The translations under genes were made by a program, and so were the position numbers. This document shows, piece by piece, positions 37,129 to 46,259 of a stretch of 64,000 nucleotides of DNA. The stretch's first letter is position 1; every line of letters begins with the position of its first letter. Under the pieces are notes generated by a model, which saw only the letters and a program-made list of their open reading frames with translations, did no database searches and was not told the DNA's origin. This stretch comes from a virus, in IMG/VR virus record IMGVR_UViG_3300042691_043434, positions 4,713 to 68,712 of that record. The stretch is one strand, 5' to 3'.

Positions 37129-40100
37129 TAGTCGTTAATTCGCTGGCATTTAAGCCCCGGGTATATCTTTGCTGCTTGCTGTGAACGTTCAGGGATTGCA
37201 CCTTTACCTCTTTCATAGTATTCATTCCATAACGATGCAGCTTCCTCCGGAGATTTAGCAGCATTCATTGCTGCAACTATACCAGGCTTTACATCTTTAC
37301 CCTCTTTAATTTCTTTTACCATAAACTGCATTTCACAATCTAAAGTGCTCTGGCTTCCACAGGCTTTTCTAATTCCGTCTTTACGTGTATAGCACCACTG
37401 AGCTATACCATAACCAGGAGTACCATCCTGTGTACAGCCAGCCCCAGGGTTTGGTAGATTATGTCTATTAGCTCGTATTCCAGATTCCTCCTGAAAATTT
37501 CCTAGTACACCAGCATAAGCGTAGGGATTTGTAATACCAACCGACCTTAACGCCCCCATTACCTGATTCATGGTCGATGTAGAAGCTTTGAGATAATCCC
37601 CTTCGTAATTACATTGTGATGCCGGAAAACTCCCGGTTACACTCGCACCGATTCCTGCCCGGTTGAAATACTCCTGGAACCTTTGTGCTTCAGAACATAG
37701 AACTTCACATGACGATTGCGTTTCATTATATTTCCAGCACAAATCTCCCAATGACCGGATATACCCGTAGTAATCGTTTGTTTTTTCAAATTCGCCCGTG
37801 AGTTTAAACGACTGCACGTACTCCTCAAACGTCGGAACTTTAATTTGCGAGGTTATATTACCCCAGTCTGATATACCGGTGATTCCGACTCGTAAATCTC
37901 CTTGGCTCCAGTTGTATCGTACATTTTTAACAAACCATTTGGAGAACCGGCCAGCTATCCAGATTCCCGGATCGATTTCAGCCGGCCGCCCTTGCTCCAC
38001 CCACTCATCGTAGCGGGTAATAAGGGATAAGATCGTACGACCAGGGATGATGCGTAATGCTCGTGGGACGCCACGAAACTCTGTAGAAACTTCAGCACCT
38101 ATTGGTGCCGGTCCACTTTGTACACCACGACCGTAACGGGAACCGTTGCCGACAGTATTGGTCTTTACTTTATTCAAAGCTTCATCTTGGAGGTGAGCCA
38201 GAAGAATATATTTACCGTCCGGTCTTTTTACTTCAACTGCATTACCATAACCCTCGTAACCTGAGCTCCCATTTTGTAATACTTTGGTGATTACAGCACC
38301 TCCGGTAACTGATACCTCTTGCCCATTAATAGATTCACCCGCCGGACCTGGCCCTGAGAAATCTAACCCAGCATGCAGTTTTCCATTTCTTGGGCCATAG
38401 CGCGAGTAAACCCCCCATTTACTGGCAGGAATTCCTCCTATTAAAATATATGGATCGATGTCTGAAATCTCATTCAATGGTTCTCCTTTGGCTAAAGGTG
38501 ATGAACGTATTTCAGCATGTAGGTGTGGGCCTGTACTGTCACCGGTGTTTCCTACTCTTCCTGCGAATTGATCTCCGGATTGTCCCGGAGAAGTCGGTCC
38601 ACTAGGACTATTGCTTTCCGTTTTGCTAAGGCCGATGTTCTTGAGCTCCTCATCCGTCAGCGCTTTCGCTGGTACCGCATACGACCAAACAATGGCGGGA
38701 GACACAGTGATAACATCGGAGTTATTGGTATTCAAGATATAAAATCGAACAAACTCCGGCTTATCTGCTGTCGCCGTACCGATCTGCTCGTTAATTTTTA
38801 CCTCCGTCCCAACTACGAGTTTGTCTTCTATTTTTGTTAGATTTTGCGTTTCCTGGTAAATCGCTTTGTTCCGACAGTCCTTTTTATCTTTTTTACAAAA
38901 ACGAAGAAAATAGTTCGTACCGATAACCACCCTACCACTATCTTTTGATGTTCCTGTCGTTATTCTGCCATCCAGCATCGCAATCGGTTTCTCACCATTC
39001 ACACCAATACCATACATATTCGTGCTTTGACGACGCTCGGTCGTAACTTCGGGACCGTTTTCTCTCCAGACAAATCCGCTAGAAGATAGACTATCGCTGT
39101 AACGCTTGGTTAACTGAGTAAATTGGGGATCAAAATCAGTCAGATTCGTCTTCGCGTTCTTCAGTTTTTCTTTACGAGTATTAGGGTAAATGTTATCAAG
39201 AACGTATTTTTCATTTTCTCCCAAGCTCGCCCGATCGTATTCAAATCCAAGACCTAGTTGAGTTTGATATTGGTAGTTTTGATTAAAAACGCTCGGATCT
39301 ACTTGACCGGTGATACTATAGCCCTCGTACAACCCTTTGCCGAGATAGAATACCGAGCAGCCCTGGTTTAAGTTCGCTCGCGTACATATGGAGATCTTTT
39401 TCGCGTATTCCTTTATCGGAAGAGTCAGCATGTTACCGCCAACACTACTGAGATATTTCCGTATTACCTCTTCCGCCGTTACCCCTTTCTCCTTAAACGA
39501 CTTCGGCATAACGTAACGCTTCGTATCCGCCTGAGTCGGATCGTTACAAAACGAGACGTTATAGTCGTAGTCGTTTATAATCTTTTCGAGGTTTTCTTCG
39601 AGCGTTTTGTTTTCCTCGAGTTGATAGTTGACTAGATTCTGGTTGAACGTTACGGTTTGCGGGTCAACACCCATTAACGAAACTCTCGGATACGAATTTC
39701 CATGTTCAATATTGAACGACTGCAGACGAAAATACGTGTCAAGTCCGAATCGAGTTCCCGCCACTTCATACCATAATTTAATCAAGATGTGGGCGAAATC
39801 TCCGAATCCGCCAGTACGGAGGCGAGGATCGTCAATTTCGAGGAATGGGAAGCATTTACCGGATGATGGATCCTCTCCGTCTTTACATGCCGGCAACATG
39901 ATATGGTTTGCTGCTGCCGCCGACATACTACTATACGCAGCAGCGGAATCAAAAAGGGCTGCCCAGGCGACACCGGTTAAGTACGGATCGGTCAGTGTAA
40001 CATTCGCTGTTGAACCCATCAACGCACTGACGAACTGAGTTGCCTCAGTCGTACCCTGCATGTTTAGGCTTGCAGCGTTTGGTGACCAAACTAGGTTTAG

Positions 40101-40199
40101 CGACGCATTCGCTACCTGCTTTTCGCTAAAAATGATGACACGTGAACTGCCATACGGCCTGTACCCAACTACGCATTTACAGCGGTACAGGCCGGACAT
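37128..40199 (-). CDS. Baseplate hub (gpD/gp27-like) fused to M23 peptidase and phage tail lysozyme domains
   Basis: GNTGDSTGPHLH, HAGLDF and YILLAHL (M23); GVLGNFQEESG...GYGIAQW...YYER (Phage_lysozyme2-like); hub-like FRGVP...VKNVRYNW. Confidence 0.8.
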   Translation of the reverse strand: MSGLYRCKCVVGYRPYGSSRVIIFSEKQVANASLNLVWSPNAASLNMQGTTEATQFVSALMGSTANVTLTDPYLTGVAWAALFDSAAAYSSMSAAAANHIMLPACKDGEDPSSGKCFPFLEIDDPRLRTGGFGDFAHILIKLWYEVAGTRFGLDTYFRLQSFNIEHGNSYPRVSLMGVDPQTVTFNQNLVNYQLEENKTLEENLEKIINDYDYNVSFCNDPTQADTKRYVMPKSFKEKGVTAEEVIRKYLSSVGGNMLTLPIKEYAKKISICTRANLNQGCSVFYLGKGLYEGYSITGQVDPSVFNQNYQYQTQLGLGFEYDRASLGENEKYVLDNIYPNTRKEKLKNAKTNLTDFDPQFTQLTKRYSDSLSSSGFVWRENGPEVTTERRQSTNMYGIGVNGEKPIAMLDGRITTGTSKDSGRVVIGTNYFLRFCKKDKKDCRNKAIYQETQNLTKIEDKLVVGTEVKINEQIGTATADKPEFVRFYILNTNNSDVITVSPAIVWSYAVPAKALTDEELKNIGLSKTESNSPSGPTSPGQSGDQFAGRVGNTGDSTGPHLHAEIRSSPLAKGEPLNEISDIDPYILIGGIPASKWGVYSRYGPRNGKLHAGLDFSGPGPAGESINGQEVSVTGGAVITKVLQNGSSGYEGYGNAVEVKRPDGKYILLAHLQDEALNKVKTNTVGNGSRYGRGVQSGPAPIGAEVSTEFRGVPRALRIIPGRTILSLITRYDEWVEQGRPAEIDPGIWIAGRFSKWFVKNVRYNWSQGDLRVGITGISDWGNITSQIKVPTFEEYVQSFKLTGEFEKTNDYYGYIRSLGDLCWKYNETQSSCEVLCSEAQRFQEYFNRAGIGASVTGSFPASQCNYEGDYLKASTSTMNQVMGALRSVGITNPYAYAGVLGNFQEESGIRANRHNLPNPGAGCTQDGTPGYGIAQWCYTRKDGIRKACGSQSTLDCEMQFMVKEIKEGKDVKPGIVAAMNAAKSPEEAASLWNEYYERGKGAIPERSQQAAKIYPGLKCQRIND

Positions 40200-40214
40200 C
40201 GGTTTCGTTTGCTA

Positions 40215-40934
40215 TCAACCTACGCTAGTGACAGTCGCAGTGCCACCAGATCCTGTAGAGGACCCCTGACCTGAAACGCTACTGTCGATAGTCAAGGTGA
40301 CCACGTCACCTACAGCGAAACCATTACCAGCATCAGTGATTGCGGTAATGGTGGTAATAACACCACTGGCAATGGTCGCTTCGATTGTGGCTGCGGCGTA
40401 CTGGGCAGGGTCGGTCCGATCGCCTAGGGCCAGGGTGGCTAGGAATACGACATTGGCCTGGTTGTTGTCTGTGCCGTCAATTGTATAGCCGCTACCGCCA
40501 CTTCCCAGTGTCAAAGTTAGAATCGGACCGACGGGGGTGACATTATCAATGATATCAGATAACGTAACGCTAAGAGCATAAACCGCAACCATGAAATGGT
40601 ATCCTCTTTCACCAGCGATACCGACATAACGGGTGACGTTTACAAGCTGATTGTTAAGTGTAACATCATATGGGTTTGTAGGTACATCGGGGTTATTGAC
40701 CAGTGCATCGACAATAAGCTCCAGGACACCGTAAGCAAATTTTCTTGATTCGAAACCCATGCTCGGACCACAACCGATAAACTTATTAAGTAGCGCGGTA
40801 CGGGCGGCCGGTGTATTAGAACCGGTATTGTATTCTAGTACGAGCTTGTTAGCAAGTACAGTGGTCAAAAAAGTTTGCAGTTCTAGTTTATAATTGAACT
40901 GGATGCCTACTAGTTTTTTAAGCGTTGCGGACAT
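40215..40934 (-). CDS. Putative virion structural protein
   Basis: Thr/Gly-rich C-terminus (GSGGSGY...ITDAGNGFAVGDVVT); late motif upstream. Confidence 0.6.
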   Translation of the reverse strand: MSATLKKLVGIQFNYKLELQTFLTTVLANKLVLEYNTGSNTPAARTALLNKFIGCGPSMGFESRKFAYGVLELIVDALVNNPDVPTNPYDVTLNNQLVNVTRYVGIAGERGYHFMVAVYALSVTLSDIIDNVTPVGPILTLTLGSGGSGYTIDGTDNNQANVVFLATLALGDRTDPAQYAAATIEATIASGVITTITAITDAGNGFAVGDVVTLTIDSSVSGQGSSTGSGGTATVTSVG

Positions 40935-40969
40935 TGGGAATTTACCCGTTAACTATGATCTCTCATATA

Positions 40970-40978
40970 GCTTTCAAC
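40970..40978 (-). promoter_or_regulatory. Putative phage late promoter motif
   Basis: CGTTGAAAGC TATATGAG, 35 nt before ATG 40934. Confidence 0.7.
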
Positions 40979-40989
40979 GCGTTACGTCG

Positions 40990-41319
40990 TTACACGACAC
41001 GGACTTTAAGCACGCTGCCGGTCCTATACATCCCACCCACCGGCACGGCTGGTGTTGCCGCTGCTGCGGCAGCGTCATCAACAAAATTTCGGAGACCTGT
41101 GAAATCAATACGGGAAAACGCCACTGACGTTGTGCCGTTTACGGTACGAGCGATACCATCCGCGCCAACGTAGTAAAGTGATTGAGCCGGTTCGTTAAGA
41201 AATAATTCTCCCCGTTTCGCTGCGCTCGCATTGTTGTTGTACAGCCCCTGTACGTATTGTTGGTTGTGGGTGACGTCAGCGGTAAACCGGACGCCCCAAC
41301 GGGGGAGTGGGACAGGCAT
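40990..41319 (-). CDS. Small virion protein
   Basis: GELFLN...LYYVG and NFVDDAAAAAA...VPVGGMYRTGSVLKVRV motif seen in fibre-related proteins. Start reassigned to ATG 41319. Confidence 0.65.
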   Translation of the reverse strand: MPVPLPRWGVRFTADVTHNQQYVQGLYNNNASAAKRGELFLNEPAQSLYYVGADGIARTVNGTTSVAFSRIDFTGLRNFVDDAAAAAATPAVPVGGMYRTGSVLKVRVV

Positions 41320-41346
41320 GGGCGGCAGGGTGGGTACTTCTATCTT

Positions 41347-41355
41347 GCTTTCAAC
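41347..41355 (-). promoter_or_regulatory. Putative phage late promoter motif
   Basis: CGTTGAAAGC AAGA TAG, 27 nt before ATG 41319. Confidence 0.75.
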
Positions 41356-41396
41356 GGGCAAAAGTCGTATGATACGGTTTCTATGCTAACGGGTCC

Positions 41397-41987
41397 ATGG
41401 AAACGATCATTGTTCTTGGTGCGGACCGGGTTGGTAAAACCACGGCAATAAGGAATACAAACGAACAGCTTAAAGGGTACGGATCAACTATTACAATCGC
41501 ACACTTCGGTGCGGTGAACTCGAAATCCCACTCACCTGTCCAGCAGTTCACTGACTTTATCGGGTTGTACGACAACCGTGCATGTGATTTTCTCATTTTC
41601 GACCGGTTTGTCTCTGACACATTGTTCTACGAACCGTACCGATATCAGCTCCCACCCATCCCCCATGCCTATGCAAGTGAGGTGGAATCGATGCTGATTG
41701 AGGTGTCAGAACGTCTAGATATCGTGCTAATTAACCATGCCTGGAACGATGACATGGTAGAACGACATAGAGATGAAATTGTTGCTGAGAATCCTGGCTG
41801 TACAAGTTACTGGATAAATGCGCAACTAGAAAAACGACGTGCTGAGCACGAAGCGTATTACGAGTTTACACGCAACTATTTAAGCAATACGACAATCATC
41901 CCTCAAACCTCTATCCACTATCTCGATGGTGACCTGTACAGCGATGATATCAATCTATCATATTGCGACGGACTCGAAATCCCCTGA
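41397..41987 (+). CDS. P-loop nucleoside monophosphate kinase (thymidylate/dNMP kinase-like)
   Basis: IIVLGADRVGKTT and LIFDRFVSD...Y motifs. Confidence 0.7.
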   Translation: METIIVLGADRVGKTTAIRNTNEQLKGYGSTITIAHFGAVNSKSHSPVQQFTDFIGLYDNRACDFLIFDRFVSDTLFYEPYRYQLPPIPHAYASEVESMLIEVSERLDIVLINHAWNDDMVERHRDEIVAENPGCTSYWINAQLEKRRAEHEAYYEFTRNYLSNTTIIPQTSIHYLDGDLYSDDINLSYCDGLEIP

Positions 41988-41991
41988 TTTC

Positions 41992-42000
41992 GTTGAAAGC
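41992..42000 (+). promoter_or_regulatory. Putative phage late promoter motif upstream of the phoH leader
   Basis: CGTTGAAAGC TACG TAG. Confidence 0.7.
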
Positions 42001-42051
42001 TACGTAGGGATGAGGACAAGCCTTTGACCCATAAGTTTTTAATCATCCTAT

Positions 42052-42089
42052 TGGGCGTATGTACACATTGTGTATTGCGCCCATTTTTT
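42052..42089 (+). terminator. Terminator or attenuator hairpin just upstream of phoH
   Basis: TGGGCGTA-TGTACAC-ATT-GTGTAT-TGCGCCCA followed by TTTTTT. Confidence 0.65.
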
Positions 42090-42106
42090 GTATCTACACC
42101 AATTAC

Positions 42107-42865
42107 ATGGCCAAAGCACGGACGCGGAGAGAAAAGGTAACCGAGGCATCGGTACCCGGATACGATGAGATTGCGTATGGGATCCCTGCGACACGGGGAG
42201 ATGGTCTGCACCCGGTTCACCCGATGAACGAGAGCCAAAGGGAAGCGATGGACCATTTGCGGAATAAGACGCTAGCTATTCTCACCGGTCCCCCTGGAAC
42301 CGCGAAAACGTTGTTATCCGTATACGTTGCATGTGAACGCCTTCAGAAACGTCAGATTGACAAAATTTATTATGTAAAACCAATTGTGGATACGCCAGGT
42401 GAGAAGGGCATAGGATATTTGCCTGGATCCGAGATGGAAAAACTCGAACCGCACTTGGCCTCTTTGCGTGATGCGTTGAGTGTATTTATGGCGAAAGGAA
42501 AGGCAGACTACCTTATCGACAAAAAGGTTATTGAATTCCTGCCCATTGAACACTTACGAGGTCGGTCACTCCACCGCTGTATGATCATTGCCGATGAAAT
42601 GCAGAATGCGACAAGCCACTCGGTTCTCACTATCCTCTCCCGACTTGGAGACCACAGCACTATCGCATTACTTGGTGACGTGATTCAGCGTGACCTCGCC
42701 AACAGATTTGGTAAGGACGGTTTATCGGACGCCGCTGCTAGGCTTTACCATCTCAACGAATTCGTCGGCCATGTCGAATTTGGCATGGACGACATCGTCC
42801 GCTCAGAGTTTGTACGGAACGTTATTTTGTCGTATCGCGACCTCTATGAGCCGAAGGCTGCGTAG
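42107..42865 (+). CDS. phoH: PhoH-like ATPase
   Basis: GPPGTAKT, IGYLPG, LRGRSL, IIADEMQN, LGDVIQRDL and DIVRS motifs; likely start ATG 42107. Confidence 0.93.
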   Translation: MAKARTRREKVTEASVPGYDEIAYGIPATRGDGLHPVHPMNESQREAMDHLRNKTLAILTGPPGTAKTLLSVYVACERLQKRQIDKIYYVKPIVDTPGEKGIGYLPGSEMEKLEPHLASLRDALSVFMAKGKADYLIDKKVIEFLPIEHLRGRSLHRCMIIADEMQNATSHSVLTILSRLGDHSTIALLGDVIQRDLANRFGKDGLSDAAARLYHLNEFVGHVEFGMDDIVRSEFVRNVILSYRDLYEPKAA

Positions 42866-43046
42866 TTGTTTGAACGCTTGAAGGAAAGAAAAGTCCGGCC
42901 GTAAACATCCATCGATCCACGCATTGGTTGGGTGAATACGGCCCTTTTGTCCAGTTTGGGATCTCACAGGCGGACAAAAACGCCAAACAGAATACAAGTT
43001 CACCAACTAAAAACCAAGCACTCTCAAACACGTTAACTTTTCCCAT
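42822..43046 (-). CDS. Small membrane protein (possible lysis / lipoprotein)
   Basis: Hydrophobic N-terminus ending in LSAC; late motif 24 nt upstream of ATG 43046. Confidence 0.5.
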   Translation of the reverse strand: MGKVNVFESAWFLVGELVFCLAFLSACEIPNWTKGPYSPNQCVDRWMFTAGLFFPSSVQTTTQPSAHRGRDTTK

Positions 43047-43070
43047 AATCTCAACTCTTGCCTCTACCCC

Positions 43071-43088
43071 GCTTTCAACGTTGAAAGC
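43071..43088. promoter_or_regulatory. Perfect 18-bp palindrome formed by two divergent late promoter motifs
   Basis: GCTTTCAACGTTGAAAGC; each arm is followed by N4-TAG. Confidence 0.8.
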
Positions 43089-43115
43089 CATATAGAATAG
43101 TATTGTATCTGTAGC

Positions 43116-46100
43116 ATGGCGACTCGTGTCGATAGGACTTCTGGTCTTTCAACCCTTAACGAATCGAGTCTGCTTAGACGATTTAGACTTCGGTCTCCTA
43201 GAAAAGAAGGCGAAGCGAATTTTATTGGACTGAAGAGATCAGAAGCGTTGGCGGATGTTGACGATCCGGCTAAAACCCTTAATAATCTACTAGCTAAAAT
43301 ATCTTTGCTCGATGCGGCAGAGCGTAATCTGTACAACGGACCGTATGATGCGGTAGATTGGAATGTCACTAGGGACTTTATTGATGAAGAAATCGATAAA
43401 CAGTTTTTACTCCCTTTGGCCGGAGCGAGTATTGGTGGTGGATCACTTGGTAGTCAGGTATCCAGGAATCCTCGAATCCGAATCGAAGACCGGATTAGTA
43501 TCGCGAACTCGTTTGTAGGTGAAGGAATCTATCCAGGACTCCATAGCGGTCCGGACGCCAGATTTTATCGTAACCCTCAGCCGGTTAAACTAGGATACAT
43601 TAAGTTCAGTTTTTCTGGCAGTGCGGTTACGGTTAGCGTTTTAAAAAAACCTGATAAAACCACAAACCTATTAGTATCAGAAATTCTCGGTCAGTTATCC
43701 AGTGTCGTTGTAGATTTGTCTGGGTATGAAATCAGCAACGAGGTAGTAAATCTATCTGGATCAAATATCTCATTACGTCTTACGTCTGTCGGCTCGGCTT
43801 GGGTGGTCGAGGAGGGACTAGAAGCATTAACAAATATTAGGAGTATCTTAGGTACAACACAATTCAACAGTACTTACTTTCTTTTAACTCGGCCATATTC
43901 GATTATTAATCTACCAGAGTGGTATACAGGAAGTCCAGGATCTAGCGAACCTGATAATATTGATCCGAACACGTCAGCTATGATCTTACGGAGCGAGGCA
44001 GGTATTGTGTATCCGTTTATCTCTCGTGGCTATTGGTATAGTCGTGGGTATGTTGAGGGACGTTGGAATCCAACAGAACAAAACCTGGTTGGAGGTAACA
44101 ATGTTACCGAAGACTCTAACATGCGTTGGTTTAATAATCCGTCTCCACTTCGCGGAGAACAGTATAACTGGGGGGTTAGATGGGACGGATACCTGCGAAT
44201 TGGACCAGGGATATACGGGTTCCAGGTTCAAACAAATGTCGATGTAAAAATTGATATCGCTACAAGTGCAGCAAGCCCGTACTGGGTAAATGTTTTTGAC
44301 ACAAAAAACAATTCAGCAAAAGAATCAGAAGACGTATACGTCTCTAGCGCAACTTTTAACACAAATAATGTCGATAGTCGGTTTAAATACGTTACGGGGG
44401 CAGGGGTAAATGATTGGATAGGGTATGTTCCTATCACTATCCGCATGTTTCGTGGAGGTCCAGACAAATCAGATAAGGGTATTAACATCCCCACCGAACC
44501 AAACTTATTCATCAAAACCACAAACGTACCTAGCGCAATCAACTACTACGCCGAGAATCACGTAGTTGTATTGTCTGGCACTGACGGGTCGTGGAATGTT
44601 ACTGGTTCGACCATTGGTCGATTAATCACCATACTGCAGAACTCTAGCGCTGCGGTAAATTACAAGTTAATCTCCAAAGGTACTAGCTTCCTGGTTACAC
44701 CGGTAACCATAGCTCTGTCAACTAACGGGACAACAGTTACCAGTAGCACTACTGGACTTGTAGCGGATACTTATACTCTACGTGTTTCTCCCAATCGTGC
44801 CGGAGCGTTTACGGATAATCTAATTGCACTGTGGAAGGGACGTATAGCATCGCCTGGTCCTAGTCAAACGACATATTCCAGCCTTGTCAATGGAACTTAT
44901 AGCCCAGATGCTCAAAAGCTGAATTTCGACTCGCGCCCAGACTGGTGGAAAATAACTGAGGGTCATCCGTTTGATCGTAGCGTTGGACTGTCCGACCAGA
45001 ACACTCCTCTTGACGGCATGGTGGCCAGCGGATTCCGTGGAGTTTTAAAGTCTGATGCGCTGGGAGTGGGCTTGTATGGAAACGGTGCGGATCCGGTTGT
45101 CTATAGTTCTCGCCCCAATATTATTCTTGGCGAAGCGAGGTATGGGGCAAGTGACGAAGTTGGCTCGAATTATATTGGGTTATTACTCGAGCCAAATGAT
45201 TTAGGAGAAGGCGGCAAATTAATTATCAATGCACTTCCCATTAACAATGCGACGTTCTCCGCTGTTAATAGGCTAGGTATTAACGATTTAGGCGGTGATC
45301 CGAACCATAAAACTGAGGCGTTTGATAATCTTACACCCAGGATTGCCAGGATGTATCTATGGAATCCGGCAACACCAGACGGCAACCAAAATAAATACTA
45401 TTTAAGCAGTAATCTGACAACCGTCTCTGCTTCAGACGATCCTACAACATTAGGGTTACCCGCATTTTCTTCTCCAAATTGGCTTTCTCCTATTACTGTC
45501 ACAGCGACTTCTGTTGCGGATAATCTTACATTCACTACTAACGTTGTCGGTTTCGTCGCGCCATTAACTTTGTCGGTAGAGAAAGTAACTGTGAACGTGG
45601 GTGGCACGAATTATAATATTCTTGCGTTCTCAACAACTCTCGCCTCAATTCTTATTGGTGGATCGGAAGTAGCATCATTTAGTGGTAAATATGTTAAGTT
45701 TTACAATGAAACCGACCTAGCATTCCAATACAGCCTGGTTGACACTGGCGAAAGCCTTTCTTTTTCCGACGTACTTAAACTTACATACGATCCGAATTTT
45801 AACGCGGCGTTAAGTGAAGTACCAAAACCCCCATCGGATCGGGTTACACCGTTTGGTTTCGATTTACCAGAGTACGGCGGCGGTCTTTGTTATCCACCTT
45901 ATGCGATTAATAATCCGTTACTGTCAAGCATCGCAATTAACGACTCGAACTTGTATAACGCAAAGCCAGTTGGAAACTACGATGTGTTCTGGGGAGACCA
46001 TACGAAGAGTGACCTAGGTGGGTATTCGCTTACTGTGACCGAAAAACTCGAGTTCAGTTCGACAAATATTACGAGTGTGGTTAGCACCTTAACGCCCACC

Positions 46101-46259
46101 GAACTATTAGATACCGCTCTTAACTCTTCAGATTATAGCCATCGCCTCCGTATTGACATTGCACTTGACCCGGACCTGTACGATCCGGATCAAATTGAGC
46201 ATATTGGTAATGGGGAGAAAGTTAAAGATTCATACTATGCGTATGTCCAGCTTGGTTAA
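43116..46259 (+). CDS. Large virion protein with PA14-like domain
   Basis: YNWGVRWDGYLRIGPGIYGFQVQTN...YVPITIRMF (PA14-like); N-terminal GLKRSEALADVDDPAKTLNNLL. Confidence 0.65.
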   Translation: MATRVDRTSGLSTLNESSLLRRFRLRSPRKEGEANFIGLKRSEALADVDDPAKTLNNLLAKISLLDAAERNLYNGPYDAVDWNVTRDFIDEEIDKQFLLPLAGASIGGGSLGSQVSRNPRIRIEDRISIANSFVGEGIYPGLHSGPDARFYRNPQPVKLGYIKFSFSGSAVTVSVLKKPDKTTNLLVSEILGQLSSVVVDLSGYEISNEVVNLSGSNISLRLTSVGSAWVVEEGLEALTNIRSILGTTQFNSTYFLLTRPYSIINLPEWYTGSPGSSEPDNIDPNTSAMILRSEAGIVYPFISRGYWYSRGYVEGRWNPTEQNLVGGNNVTEDSNMRWFNNPSPLRGEQYNWGVRWDGYLRIGPGIYGFQVQTNVDVKIDIATSAASPYWVNVFDTKNNSAKESEDVYVSSATFNTNNVDSRFKYVTGAGVNDWIGYVPITIRMFRGGPDKSDKGINIPTEPNLFIKTTNVPSAINYYAENHVVVLSGTDGSWNVTGSTIGRLITILQNSSAAVNYKLISKGTSFLVTPVTIALSTNGTTVTSSTTGLVADTYTLRVSPNRAGAFTDNLIALWKGRIASPGPSQTTYSSLVNGTYSPDAQKLNFDSRPDWWKITEGHPFDRSVGLSDQNTPLDGMVASGFRGVLKSDALGVGLYGNGADPVVYSSRPNIILGEARYGASDEVGSNYIGLLLEPNDLGEGGKLIINALPINNATFSAVNRLGINDLGGDPNHKTEAFDNLTPRIARMYLWNPATPDGNQNKYYLSSNLTTVSASDDPTTLGLPAFSSPNWLSPITVTATSVADNLTFTTNVVGFVAPLTLSVEKVTVNVGGTNYNILAFSTTLASILIGGSEVASFSGKYVKFYNETDLAFQYSLVDTGESLSFSDVLKLTYDPNFNAALSEVPKPPSDRVTPFGFDLPEYGGGLCYPPYAINNPLLSSIAINDSNLYNAKPVGNYDVFWGDHTKSDLGGYSLTVTEKLEFSSTNITSVVSTLTPTELLDTALNSSDYSHRLRIDIALDPDLYDPDQIEHIGNGEKVKDSYYAYVQLG

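Noticed and set aside
40211-40219. GTTGATAGC variant upstream of the hub gene
   Set aside because: It is formed by the upstream gene's last codon and stops, lacks the N4-TAG element and is only 11 nt from the start.
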